From Desulfomonilia bacterium (GTDB taxonomy: Bacteria > Desulfobacterota > Desulfomonilia > UBA1062), in assembly GCA_963664325.2 (NCBI GenBank), contig CAXXDQ010000003.1, positions 704,001 through 768,000 of the forward strand: 64,000 nucleotides of DNA, given 5' to 3'. The notes under the pieces are model-generated. The model did not search any database. It was not told where the DNA came from and saw only the letters and a program-made list of their open reading frames with translations. The first letter of the stretch is position 1. Each line of letters opens with the position of its first letter. A program made the position numbers and the translations under genes. This document shows, piece by piece, positions 9,086-19,300 of the stretch.

Positions 9086-9927
9086 CAGGGTATGGCCATG
9101 CGGAAGAGGGTGGATATCTTGTTGAAATAAAGGGTTTGAATCACAGGTACAAGGACATTCGCGTAAAGCTGCCGCGCGATCTTAACCAGATTGAGATGCA
9201 GGTCCGTTCCTCTGTTTCCGACTCGATTCAGAGGGGAAAAGTGGATGTCATAATAACAAGGAATATTGCCGAGGCGGAAAAGCAGGGACTTAAAATAAAC
9301 TGGGATTATGCAAAAGCGGTTTACACCGATTTGAAGACAATGGCCGGGCATTTCGGAGGCGAGGCCTCTTTCAGGGACGTTATTTCAATTCCAGGTGTTG
9401 TAGGAGAAGAAGAAAAGCTGATCGAGGAGCAGTGGGGATTGATCAGCATGCCGCTTGAAAGGGCTTTAAAGGCTTTTCTTGATTCAAGATTGGAGGAAGG
9501 GGAAAAGCTGGGCAGGGATATGGCTGAAAGGATACAGGTGCTTGAAAGCATACGTTTATCGATAGAATCATCTTCTGCGGCAATGCCGAAGATATTTGCC
9601 GAGCGGCTCAATACAAATATAAACAGTCTGCTGCAGGGTAAGATCCAGGTTGATGAAGTAAGGCTTGCACAGGAGATTGCCATAATGGCTGAACGGTGCG
9701 ATATAACTGAAGAGGTGGTAAGGCTTAAAAGTCATTTTGATGTTTTCGGGCAGGCTTTAAAATCGGCAAGTGCTGCAGGCAGGAGGCTGGAATTCATACT
9801 CCAGGAGATAAACAGGGAATTCAATACGATAGGGTCCAAGTCTCAGGATGCTTCTATCAGCATCTTTGTCATAGATGCCAAAACAGAGATTGAGAAGATA
9901 AGGGAACAGTTGCAGAATATAGAATGA
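9070..9927 (+). CDS. yicC: YicC/YloC-family endoribonuclease
   Basis: SMTGYG, NHRY, DITEEVVRLKSH, GRRLEFILQEINREFNTIGSK, IREQLQNIE. Confidence 0.95.
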   Translation: MPGSMTGYGHAEEGGYLVEIKGLNHRYKDIRVKLPRDLNQIEMQVRSSVSDSIQRGKVDVIITRNIAEAEKQGLKINWDYAKAVYTDLKTMAGHFGGEASFRDVISIPGVVGEEEKLIEEQWGLISMPLERALKAFLDSRLEEGEKLGRDMAERIQVLESIRLSIESSSAAMPKIFAERLNTNINSLLQGKIQVDEVRLAQEIAIMAERCDITEEVVRLKSHFDVFGQALKSASAAGRRLEFILQEINREFNTIGSKSQDASISIFVIDAKTEIEKIREQLQNIE

Positions 9928-9942
9928 ATAAGAGGGGTGTTT

Positions 9943-10233
9943 ATGGCAAGGAATGAGAGCAAACTTTTAAACATTGGCTTTAACAACGGTGTGGTATCTA
10001 ACAGGATCATCGCTATTGTAAATCCCGCTTCATCCCCCATGAAAAGGATGCGCGAGGATGCAAAGGACAGAGGGCAGCTCATTGATGCGACACAGGGAAG
10101 AAAGACGCGTTCAATAATAATAACTGACAGCTCGCACGTCATCCTCAGCGCAATCCAGGCAGAGACGATTGCAAACAGGCTTAATGAAGGAGCGCTCAGG
10201 GAAGAAGACAGGTCGGTAAGGGAACAGGATTGA
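9943..10233 (+). CDS. remA: RemA/DUF370-family regulator
   Basis: LLNIGFNN…RIIAIV…[24 protein letters not shown]; between yicC and gmk. Confidence 0.92.
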   Translation: MARNESKLLNIGFNNGVVSNRIIAIVNPASSPMKRMREDAKDRGQLIDATQGRKTRSIIITDSSHVILSAIQAETIANRLNEGALREEDRSVREQD

Positions 10234-10826
10234 GGATATTCATATCAGGACCCTCAGGGGTCGGCAAATCTACAATAATACGGGAACTGCTTAATAGTGA
10301 TCCCGGAATACTTCTGTCAATATCATACACGACCAGAAGTCCAAGGCCGTCCGAAATCAACGGGAGGGAGTACTTTTTTATCGGGACTACCGAATTTGAA
10401 AAAATGATTTCGGAATCGGGCTTCCTTGAATGGGCGCATGTGCATAAAGACTATTACGGGACATCTCTGAAATGGGTGGATGAAAAGGAGAAACAGGGGA
10501 AAAACATACTGTTTGATATTGATGTCCAGGGTGTAAGACAGGCCAGGGCGAAAGGCTCTGAAGGCTCGTATATAATGATTATCCCGCCCGATATGGCCGA
10601 GCTTGAAAAACGGCTTGTCGGGAGAGGAACCGAGAGCAGGGAGTCGCTGGAAATAAGGCTTGAAAATGCGATAAAGGAGCTTTCCTGCTGGGAGATGTAT
10701 GACTATATAGTCGTTAATGATTCCCTTGAAAGGGCGGTGGAGGATATTCAGACGATTATCAGGGCTTATGGCCTGACGGGAAAACAGGTGGCCGGGAGGA
10801 CCGCATGGCTGCAAAAGATAAAATAA
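10230..10826 (+). CDS. gmk: Guanylate kinase
   Basis: [31 protein letters not shown]. Confidence 0.97.
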   Translation: MRIFISGPSGVGKSTIIRELLNSDPGILLSISYTTRSPRPSEINGREYFFIGTTEFEKMISESGFLEWAHVHKDYYGTSLKWVDEKEKQGKNILFDIDVQGVRQARAKGSEGSYIMIIPPDMAELEKRLVGRGTESRESLEIRLENAIKELSCWEMYDYIVVNDSLERAVEDIQTIIRAYGLTGKQVAGRTAWLQKIK

Positions 10827-11524
10827 TTTTTGCTCTCGATGTTGCAAACAAAGATGAGGCCTCGAAATGGATATCGGTCCTGAAAGGCAGGGTCGGTTTT
10901 TTTAAAATCGGTCTTGAGCTTTTCACAGCGGCTGGCCCCGATATTGTCAGTCAGGTCAAGGCAGCCGGTATTAGGGTTTTTCTCGATTTGAAATTCCATG
11001 ACATACCCAATACAGTGGCCGGTGCCGTCAGGTCGGCGGTAAGACTCGGTGTCGACATGATGACCCTTCACCTTTCCGGAGGCAGTGCAATGATTGCAGC
11101 GGGAGTTGATGCGGCCCGTGAAGAATCATCCAATCTGGGTCTGAAGAAGCCGAGGATTATCGGTGTCAGCGTCCTGACATCCCTTGGAGATTCCGATATG
11201 AAAGAACTCGGGTTCAGATCGAACGCCGTGGAACAGGTCATGACCCTTTTATCCGTTGCATTGAAATCGGGTGCTGACGGCATGGTATGTTCACCCGCCG
11301 ATCTTGACCGTGTAAGCCCGCTTGCACCAAAAGGTTTCACAATTATCACTCCGGGCGTGAGACCTGCCGGGACTGATAAGGGTGACCAGTCACGGGTTGC
11401 CACCCCGGCATCTGCGATTAAGGCCGGTTCGAGCCTGCTTGTAATAGGCAGGCCGATAAGTGCAGCGATAGACCCGGTCAAAGCAGTCGAACTCATCGTA
11501 TCGGAAATGGAAGCTGCCGGCTGA
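10805..11524 (+). CDS. pyrF: Orotidine-5'-phosphate decarboxylase
   Basis: ALD, FLDLKFHDIPNTV, TPGVR, VIGRPI. Confidence 0.97.
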   Translation: MAAKDKIIFALDVANKDEASKWISVLKGRVGFFKIGLELFTAAGPDIVSQVKAAGIRVFLDLKFHDIPNTVAGAVRSAVRLGVDMMTLHLSGGSAMIAAGVDAAREESSNLGLKKPRIIGVSVLTSLGDSDMKELGFRSNAVEQVMTLLSVALKSGADGMVCSPADLDRVSPLAPKGFTIITPGVRPAGTDKGDQSRVATPASAIKAGSSLLVIGRPISAAIDPVKAVELIVSEMEAAG

Positions 11525-11551
11525 GAAGAGGCCGGGCCCGGGTCACGGTGA

Positions 11552-12346
11552 ATGATGTACAAGAATTTATTTGCTGCATGCCTGGTAATATCAATTGGAT
11601 TTCATATAATTCTTGCAGTCTTTATAATCAGTCATAAGCCCGTCTCAGAAAACATACCAGTTGTATCTGTTCAACAGGTAAGCCTTGTCGGAAATATTAA
11701 GTCCGGTTTAAAGTCTATCGTGATTGCCGAGACAAACAAACCCATTCGGGATATTCCAAGTCCGATGCTGGAAAAAATATCATCCGGATTGGAGAAAATA
11801 CGACCCGGAACCAATTCTTCTGATATGTCCAGACCGCTTGATGCGAAAACAGAAAACTCCTCTGCAGGCTCCGGACTTGGAAACGCATCAAAACCGGTGA
11901 ATGAAGAAAAAGAGGAAAAGGGCAGCCCGGCATCCGGGTTGTCAGGTACGGAAACGGTCAGAGGAAATGGGGGAGATAATCATGTTCCTGTCAGCCGGAC
12001 CTTGAACGGTGCCCAATACGGCATCACAAAAGCGCACCTTATTAATCAGCCGGATATCCGCTATGATGAAATGTCAAGGAGGCGCGGGGAGGAGGGCAAT
12101 GTGGGCGTAGCCCTTGAGATTGACAGGTCGGGCAATCCCAGAAAGGTAAGGCTTACGGAGTCTTCGGGTTATCCGAGGCTGGACAGGGTTGCTTTAAACG
12201 GGATTCGTTCCTCACGTTTTTCACCGACCATGAAAAGCGGAAGGCCGGTTGAGTCCGAAGTCGAATATACAATTATTTTCAGGCTGAAGGATGAGAAATC
12301 CGGCATGATGATTGAAGAAGACAGAAATGTCAGGATTCTGGAGTAA
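11552..12346 (+). CDS. tonB: TonB-family energy transducer
   Basis: N-terminal TM with SxxxH (SIGFH), disordered linker, C-terminal TonB domain (SRRRGEEGNV…SSGYPRLDRVAL…FSP…GRPV). Confidence 0.8.
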   Translation: MMYKNLFAACLVISIGFHIILAVFIISHKPVSENIPVVSVQQVSLVGNIKSGLKSIVIAETNKPIRDIPSPMLEKISSGLEKIRPGTNSSDMSRPLDAKTENSSAGSGLGNASKPVNEEKEEKGSPASGLSGTETVRGNGGDNHVPVSRTLNGAQYGITKAHLINQPDIRYDEMSRRRGEEGNVGVALEIDRSGNPRKVRLTESSGYPRLDRVALNGIRSSRFSPTMKSGRPVESEVEYTIIFRLKDEKSGMMIEEDRNVRILE

Positions 12347-12352
12347 TAATAA

Positions 12353-13420
12353 TCAGGGTCTCTCTGCTTGATCCTTTACCTCTATGTCGGACGAAGTTGC
12401 ATATATATCCCATGCTGTTATGAACAGGGAAGCAATGATCGGACCTATGATAAAGCCGAGTATTCCAAAGAGGGTCAATCCACCGAGGGTGCTGAAGAGG
12501 ATCATTAATTCATGCATCTCGGTATCCCGGCCGACAAGCCAGGGCCGCATCAGGTTGTCAATGCTGCCGACAACAATGCTGCAAAAAACAAGGAGAATGA
12601 CAGCCTTTATCATGTGACCGGTCAAGGCCAGCATTATCACGGCGGGAAACCAGACAATAGCTGTGCCGATAATCGGGATTATTGAGGCAAATGTCATGAT
12701 CGTGCCCCAGAAGATGGCGCTTTCGATTCCGAGGACCCAGAAGGCCATTCCCTGAAGCGTGCCCTGTACAATGCCTATTACGAGAGTCCCTTTTATTGCC
12801 GCGCGCGATACTGATCTGAATTTTTCAAGAATGCCTATAGCTGTGTCTTTCGGCAACGGTAGATAATAAACGAATTTAGAGAGTATTTCAGTGCCCTGTT
12901 TAAGGAAAAAGAACATCGAGTAAAGGAATATGAAGAACTGAAATACAAAATTTACAGTCCAGAGAGTCAGGAAAGAAGCCCCTGAAACAATCAGATTGCT
13001 TATTTTCCCCACACTTTCACCGGTTTTTTGAACAATCAGGTCTTGATAGCCTGCAAGGGCTTTTAACTGGGGAATATATTGTGTGAGTTTTTCAAAGGGG
13101 TTTGGTTTGTTTATCCATTCATCCATCCAGGGCCTGATTGCCGTGCTGATTTTGACAGCCTCATTGGCAACAAGTACAAGTAATATTGCCAAAGGGATGA
13201 AGAAAAGAAGGAATATGATGGCTATGGTTATGAAGGATGCGAGATTCTTTCTGCCGTGAACCCATTGATCGATGCGTATATATAAAGGTCGGGCCAGAGA
13301 GGAAAATATTGCGGAGAGCAATATGGCCATCAGGAAATCACGTATCATGTAAAGAAAGACGGCTGTTATTGCCAGCACTACAACAAGAATCATAATCCTG
13401 TTAGTTGTCGGACGTTCCAT
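12353..13420 (-). CDS. AI-2E family transporter
   Basis: Multiple TM helices; IPIIGTAIVWFP, IDNLMRP, GGLTLFGILGFIIGP. Confidence 0.9.
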   Translation of the reverse strand: MERPTTNRIMILVVVLAITAVFLYMIRDFLMAILLSAIFSSLARPLYIRIDQWVHGRKNLASFITIAIIFLLFFIPLAILLVLVANEAVKISTAIRPWMDEWINKPNPFEKLTQYIPQLKALAGYQDLIVQKTGESVGKISNLIVSGASFLTLWTVNFVFQFFIFLYSMFFFLKQGTEILSKFVYYLPLPKDTAIGILEKFRSVSRAAIKGTLVIGIVQGTLQGMAFWVLGIESAIFWGTIMTFASIIPIIGTAIVWFPAVIMLALTGHMIKAVILLVFCSIVVGSIDNLMRPWLVGRDTEMHELMILFSTLGGLTLFGILGFIIGPIIASLFITAWDIYATSSDIEVKDQAERP

Positions 13421-13442
13421 CAGCCACCTTTATTGGAAGAAA

Positions 13443-13468
13443 GGGTCATCCCAAGCTTGGGATGACCC
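13443..13468 (-). terminator. Perfect 26-bp palindrome; probable intrinsic terminator of the FadL operon
   Basis: GGGTCATCCCAAGCTTGGGATGACCC, 17 nt after the stop of the second FadL gene; TTTCTT follows on the minus strand. Confidence 0.75.
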
Positions 13469-13485
13469 ATGTATAATTTTTTTTG

Positions 13486-14892
13486 TTACCACGCTATGTT
13501 AAGGTTCAGTCCTGCAGCAAAGGAATTTCCCTTTACCTCATAACTGACCTGGTTAAGCCAGCTCTGACCGCCGGTAACACCATCCTTAATGACTGTTATA
13601 CCCTTGAGCTGCTGATATTGAAGTACTCCTTCAACCTTAAGCGGCTGTTTGAATATATTCCATGGGAATATGAACTGATACCCGGCCCCGAGCGAGAAAA
13701 TATTTTTGTCAAGGTCGATATAGTTGGATATTTTGCCGGACTGGTCAGGTACAGGAGAAGGCTGATATACGTAACCTGCATTGATGTTCAGGTTCTTGAT
13801 GCCCTTGTATGATACGCCTATGCGGTAATTGGTCGTGTCGCTGAAGTCCGGGTCTGGATATCCGTTGACACTGTCTGTAGTGGATAACCCATACTTGCTC
13901 CATTTCTGGAGGTTGGCCTCTATCGAGACAAGTACCGGTTCGGTGTCGATTGCCAGGCCCAGTGAATATTCTTCTGGCGTGAAATAGCAGTTCATGTCCA
14001 GCATCATAGGCATGGTATAAGTAATTCCGCCAATCTCCAGTTCTGTTGTAACCGGAATAGGCCCCAGCTTGAGTTCCTGCTCGCCTCGCCAGGAGAATCC
14101 GAGTTTGATTTTTGCCTTTGTCTTTTCTTCAAGCACAGGGGAAGCGAGCAATATGCCAGCCGTAGGTACATATTCAAATACTGCTCCGAATTCGGATTCG
14201 GCCTCGACATCCTGGTATGAATTATAAGGACTATCGCTGCTGCTTCCGCTGAACAGGCCGTTCACATAGAATTTACCGGGGCCGTGCAGCATGGCCTGTA
14301 TTCCCCCGCCAATATATGCAATATCCTTGTAAGCCTCAATCCCAAGTCCTGCTGCAAGAGTAATACGGTTGATGTCATCTCCGTAACGGATAAAATGAGG
14401 CTGGTCAGGCGGATAGTCATGAAGCCTGTACGATACATCACCCTGTTCGGGAATGCCGGCGGCGATTCCCAGTTGCGCATGAATGGGCATTTTGACGATC
14501 TTGTTAATATCGATCATCAGGCCCAGAACAGGTATTCCCAGATTAAGCCCGTTTGCAGCAGTCGCCTCGGTCGGATCGTTTCTGACGCCTGAATCGATAT
14601 TATTGGGGTTGTTGTATATTTTGAGCGAACCGCCGCTGAGCTTATCAACCTTTATACTGGGAGATGTGTACAGGTATTCAAGCGAAAGCCCGAGGCCCTT
14701 GCTTTGGGCAAGACCGGCCGGATTGTAATATGCGGCGGAGAAGTCGTCCGCAACAGCAGTGAATGCCCCGCCTAATGAAATGGCCCTGTTGCCGATGCCG
14801 TACGTATCGGTATAGCCGGAAGCAAAAGCCGGCGAACTGCACATAGCGACTGCAAGAATTATCGATATATAAAGGATTGTTTTGTTTTTCAT
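13486..14892 (-). CDS. FadL/OmpP1/TodX-family outer-membrane channel (copy 2)
   Basis: Signal peptide (SPAFA|SG), GNRAISLGGAFTAVADDFSAAYYNPAGL, C-terminal W; start ATG 14892 behind AAGAAGGA. Confidence 0.9.
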   Translation of the reverse strand: MKNKTILYISIILAVAMCSSPAFASGYTDTYGIGNRAISLGGAFTAVADDFSAAYYNPAGLAQSKGLGLSLEYLYTSPSIKVDKLSGGSLKIYNNPNNIDSGVRNDPTEATAANGLNLGIPVLGLMIDINKIVKMPIHAQLGIAAGIPEQGDVSYRLHDYPPDQPHFIRYGDDINRITLAAGLGIEAYKDIAYIGGGIQAMLHGPGKFYVNGLFSGSSSDSPYNSYQDVEAESEFGAVFEYVPTAGILLASPVLEEKTKAKIKLGFSWRGEQELKLGPIPVTTELEIGGITYTMPMMLDMNCYFTPEEYSLGLAIDTEPVLVSIEANLQKWSKYGLSTTDSVNGYPDPDFSDTTNYRIGVSYKGIKNLNINAGYVYQPSPVPDQSGKISNYIDLDKNIFSLGAGYQFIFPWNIFKQPLKVEGVLQYQQLKGITVIKDGVTGGQSWLNQVSYEVKGNSFAAGLNLNIAW

Positions 14893-14914
14893 AGTCTTAT
14901 CCTTCTTCATTGTA

Positions 14915-16276
14915 TTACCAGCTAAAGCTGAGATTGATTCCGCCGGCAAGGGCGTTGCCCTTGACTGTGTAGCTCACCTGATCCACCCAGGTTGCCCCTT
15001 TTACGCCATCCTTGTTCACATTCAACGTTTGAAGAAGCTGGTATGAAAGCATTGCCCCCACGGTCATCGGTTTATTGAGTGCAAAGGGGACATTGAAAGT
15101 ATACCTTCCCCCGAGGGAAAATATGTCCTTGTCCATATCGATATAATTGGATATCACGCCTGACTGGTCGGGCACAGGCGTCGGCTGATGGCAGTAGCCA
15201 AAAGTGGCGTTGGCATTTTTATTGATTTTCCATTCAACTCCAAGACGGTAATTGATGGTGTCCTTGAAATCAGGCATGCCTGCAAATCCTGCTTGTGTGA
15301 GTTCATTTACCTTTTCTTCAGGCATTATATCGTAATCGCTCCATTTCTGCAGGTTGGCCTCAGCTGAAACCATCAGGAAATCAAAATCATAAGAGGCGCC
15401 GAGGGAATATTCTCTCGGCGTATAGAATGCCCAGAGTCCCATGACGATACCGATATTTCCCTGAAATGGCGAACCTATTGCAGTAATCAGTGTGGGAAGA
15501 GGGTCTACTTCAACCTGCTCCTTGTCTCTGAACGAAAAACCGATCTTAAGTTTCTTGTCCAGAGGCGTTACCATTATGCCGAAAAGGGGATCCATCTTTA
15601 AGAGATTGGACTGCTTTACCTCTGCGACGGCTTCCCCGTTCGAAGATGTCATATTCAGCCCGTCGACATATATCATCCCGTCGCCGTAAAGCATTGTCTG
15701 TGCGCCGATGCCGACATAGACGAGGTCTTTCCAGCACTCGACGCCAATGCCTATCGCTGCATGTATACGGTCGATATTATCGCCGTATCTTATGAAATGA
15801 GGCTGATCGACAGGGTAGGAATATATCCTGTACATGGTGTCACTGTGTTCCGGCATGGAGATTGCCATACCGAACTGGACATTTATGGGCATGTTAACAA
15901 TGTCGTTTACATCTATTCCCAACCCGATGAGCGGTATTGAAAGATCAAGTCCCCTTGAACTTCCCCTGTATTCAGTTGGGTTCGTCTTGACACTTCCGTT
16001 GGGCGTTGTGACAACCAGGTCGTTTCCCGCATCGTCTTCAACTTTTATCTTGGGTGACGTGTACATATAATCCAGGGTGACATAATTCCTGCTGCTTTGC
16101 GCAAGCCCGGCCGGATTGTAATAGGCGGCTGAATAGTCATCTGCAACAGCGGTAAAAGCGCCTCCCAGCGAAACGGCCCTTGATCCGAATCCCCAGGTGT
16201 CGGCAAAACCGGCGGCATGGGCGCTAAGGCCTGAACAGAGAAATACCGATAAAAAAAGAAGCAGTTTCTTGCCCAT
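14915..16276 (-). CDS. FadL/OmpP1/TodX-family outer-membrane channel (copy 1)
   Basis: Signal peptide (SAHA|AG), GSRAVSLGGAFTAVADDYSAAYYNPAGL, C-terminal SFSW. Confidence 0.9.
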   Translation of the reverse strand: MGKKLLLFLSVFLCSGLSAHAAGFADTWGFGSRAVSLGGAFTAVADDYSAAYYNPAGLAQSSRNYVTLDYMYTSPKIKVEDDAGNDLVVTTPNGSVKTNPTEYRGSSRGLDLSIPLIGLGIDVNDIVNMPINVQFGMAISMPEHSDTMYRIYSYPVDQPHFIRYGDNIDRIHAAIGIGVECWKDLVYVGIGAQTMLYGDGMIYVDGLNMTSSNGEAVAEVKQSNLLKMDPLFGIMVTPLDKKLKIGFSFRDKEQVEVDPLPTLITAIGSPFQGNIGIVMGLWAFYTPREYSLGASYDFDFLMVSAEANLQKWSDYDIMPEEKVNELTQAGFAGMPDFKDTINYRLGVEWKINKNANATFGYCHQPTPVPDQSGVISNYIDMDKDIFSLGGRYTFNVPFALNKPMTVGAMLSYQLLQTLNVNKDGVKGATWVDQVSYTVKGNALAGGINLSFSW

Positions 16277-16307
16277 TTGTAACCCCTTTCAATGAAATAG
16301 TTTAAAG

Positions 16308-16331
16308 GGGGATGATTCTTTCATCATCCCC
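16308..16331 (-). terminator. Intercistronic stem-loop (partial terminator or stabiliser)
   Basis: GGGGATGAT-TCTTTC-ATCATCCCC with only a short T run on the minus strand, between the lipoprotein and FadL copy 1. Confidence 0.55.
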
Positions 16332-16376
16332 GGGAAAATCATAGAAGAAAAATTCGTGCTGATTTAGTCTGTTTGT

Positions 16377-19300
16377 TTACTTGACAGAAATATTATTTAG
16401 CAGATTTTCAAAAGTCAGTATCAGGTTGTCGTTTTTCTCAGTGCCCGGTTTGAAAAGTGAAACGCCATTACCTTGTGTTTCCTCGTAAAGCTCCACAAGG
16501 ATTCTCTGCATGAATTCGCTGTCTTCGTTTACTCTGTTCAAGTTGATAAGTTTAATAATATTGTAAGCCACGGAATCTTCTTTAACCCCGTCTCCGTCAT
16601 TGTCCACAGCAGTGAAGAGAGCCTTTATGAACCTGGCTTCTATGCTGATATCGTAGTAGTTTGCTCCCGCTTCTTCTCCACCCATTATCATACTCATCAT
16701 TCCTCCACTGTTTAACATAGGCCTAATAACATCAGGAGAAGCGGTCAGTTCCAAAAGGAAGTCTTTTAAAGGCGTCAAGTCGTACAGGCCTGGATCTTCC
16801 GAACTGCCGGTAACTAATTGAGCCACCTTTTCAGTAAGCGTAACAGGCTCGGCCGGCCCGGTTAAATGTGTAAGCAGGCTGCTGGGTCCTGTAATGGGGG
16901 TTGTCCCCGTAAGGAGACCAGCCGGGTTGTAAGTGGCGTCCTGGATGTCCATCATCCTGAAGAGCAGGGTTTTGCCGTTTGATACAAATGGGTTTTCCTC
17001 ATCGTCGATATTGGCTTCGAGATAATCCATCAGTTGTGTCATGGTGGAGGCATCTGAACTGTCTGTGGATGTGGTTATCAAATCCGAAAGGATCGGGCTT
17101 ATCATGTCGTAATCTTCAACAACAAACTGATTTGAATGATCAACAAGCGCATCAAATAACCCGCTGTCTTTAAGTGATTTGCCCATTACACTTGCGAATC
17201 TGACTATAGTGTCGCGGTTATCCGCATTCAGCAGGGCGGCCGCATTTGTAATGAAAGTCCTGTTCTCTTTGTCTTTGTTGACAAAAAGTTTTCTTATTAG
17301 ATTGTCCTGGTCATCGTTATCCATTTCCTGCATGTTGAGGTCATTGATGACTGCATCGAGCAGGGATGTTTCATTCAAACCCGTTAAAAACGGAGGTGAA
17401 GCGGCATCCAGTTTTTCAACTGCCCTCAGGGCCAGGTCGAGAACCGGTGCAATTATTCCTGTGGTGTCGCCTGCACGGTTGTTAAACGCAGGCTTTAGGG
17501 CTGTTTCCAGCTCTTTGAAGACCGTTCCCTGGTTATCCTGTCTGAATGTCGCGCTGCTGCCGTTCTTAAGCGGTACATATGTGTCATAATTGATTTCATT
17601 GAGCTGTGTCATCATATTTACCATATCGCCCTGTGTGTTTGTATCCCAGTAATGCGCCATCATCGGGGCAAAGAGAGAGAACAGTTTGTGACGGACAGCC
17701 GTCTCTCCTTCTGAGGGTTTGGTCTTCCAGCTATCTGAATTGGGGTTGCTGTAATTGCCTGCAAGCTCGACAAACGCCGGGAAAGGATCAAGGATGCCGT
17801 CCGCGCTTTTTGCCCCCGGGTATAACGATTTAAGTAAATTGAATATACTGTTATCTTTTCTGAAAATGTCCATCATCGAATCTTGCATCATGTCAGCCAT
17901 ACCATCATAGGTCTTGGCTGTAAAAATTGTGAGGCTGCCTATCTTCAATGCAAGGAGCTGATATTTCTTTACATAGAGCACCCAGTTAAGAGTTTGTGCA
18001 GGTGTTTTCTTGGCTGTTCCACGTGCGTCATCGGTCCAGTATTTCAATGCAGAAGCCACTTCACCTACTGTCCATTCAGCCATGTTGAGTGTTCTTTCCT
18101 TTGAGACTGGAAGACCTAGGCTTACATCATCCGGCGAAGACATCAGGTTTATGATCTTCATCCTGTTGAGGATGTTGTCCGTATCGCCCGCTTCCTGCAT
18201 CATGTACATTAGCGTCCTGAGCTCGCTTATCTTAACATCAGAAGAATCCTTGCTCAGACCATACATATTACCCTCAAGTGCAGCATTCAATCCTGCTGCA
18301 ATTCCGGGAATATCAGCCTTGTCGATTCTGGCAAGTCTGGGTGCTAGTCCTTTAAGTACATCAGGGTTGGTTGTGGGTGCGATGCCGTCCAGGGCTTTGT
18401 CAACATAAGCCTGCAATGTTGCTTGATTTATTGAAAGGACATCCGACAATCCCTGGAGTGTGTCTGCCATGTCCGTGCTTGTCAGAAACAGATTAAGAGA
18501 GTTTGACAGGTTGCGGGTGTCATTCTGAATATCAACACTCCAAGTCTGTCGCAGGGCTTTCATTACGCCCTTTTCAGTGCCCCAGATAAGTTTTTTCTGG
18601 TCATCGTTATAAGGGCCAACTACCGCAGGTTCCTCATCGGGGGTATTTGTTGGGGTATAAGGACCGGTCAATGTACTTAATGAATCAAAAAGGTCCCTGA
18701 TATCATCAATGGTAACGGAATTCTGTTCGGTCTTTAATAAATAATCGAGCATCCTGATGCTGTTATGGATATCCTTATACTTGCCGTCCTGATCAATTAG
18801 GCCGTTTGCAACCCTCATCAGGTTATCTAAGTTGTCGCCTTCCCTGAGCGTGTCAAGAGATATTCCGCCGCTGCCGCTGAGCGCGTTTTTGAGGATTTCA
18901 TCATCAGCACCCATGGCATAAGAGATCATAGGATAGATATTCTGGGTAAGGCAGTCCGAACCGGCCTGCTTGAGAACCTGATTGAGCAGCAGACCGACTT
19001 TTGCTTTAACCGCCATATCTAAAAGGTCTGACATGGTATTGGGATGGTCCAGATCATACAGATCGGGATCGGCCCCATACTTTGTCTCATACTCTGCCTT
19101 CTCATCCAGCAGATACTGATGGACGTTTTTAAGGATATTGAGAAGTGTCTGGTAATCCTCTTTTGTCGTATATCCCTGTTCAGCAAGGGTATTGAGCGTC
19201 TTCAGGCTGTTGCCTAAAAGATCAAGGACCTGTCCGAATGTAAGATGTCCGACAAGTTCATTCAGATTGTCCTCTCCGGCAAGGAGTTCTTCTGTATTTA

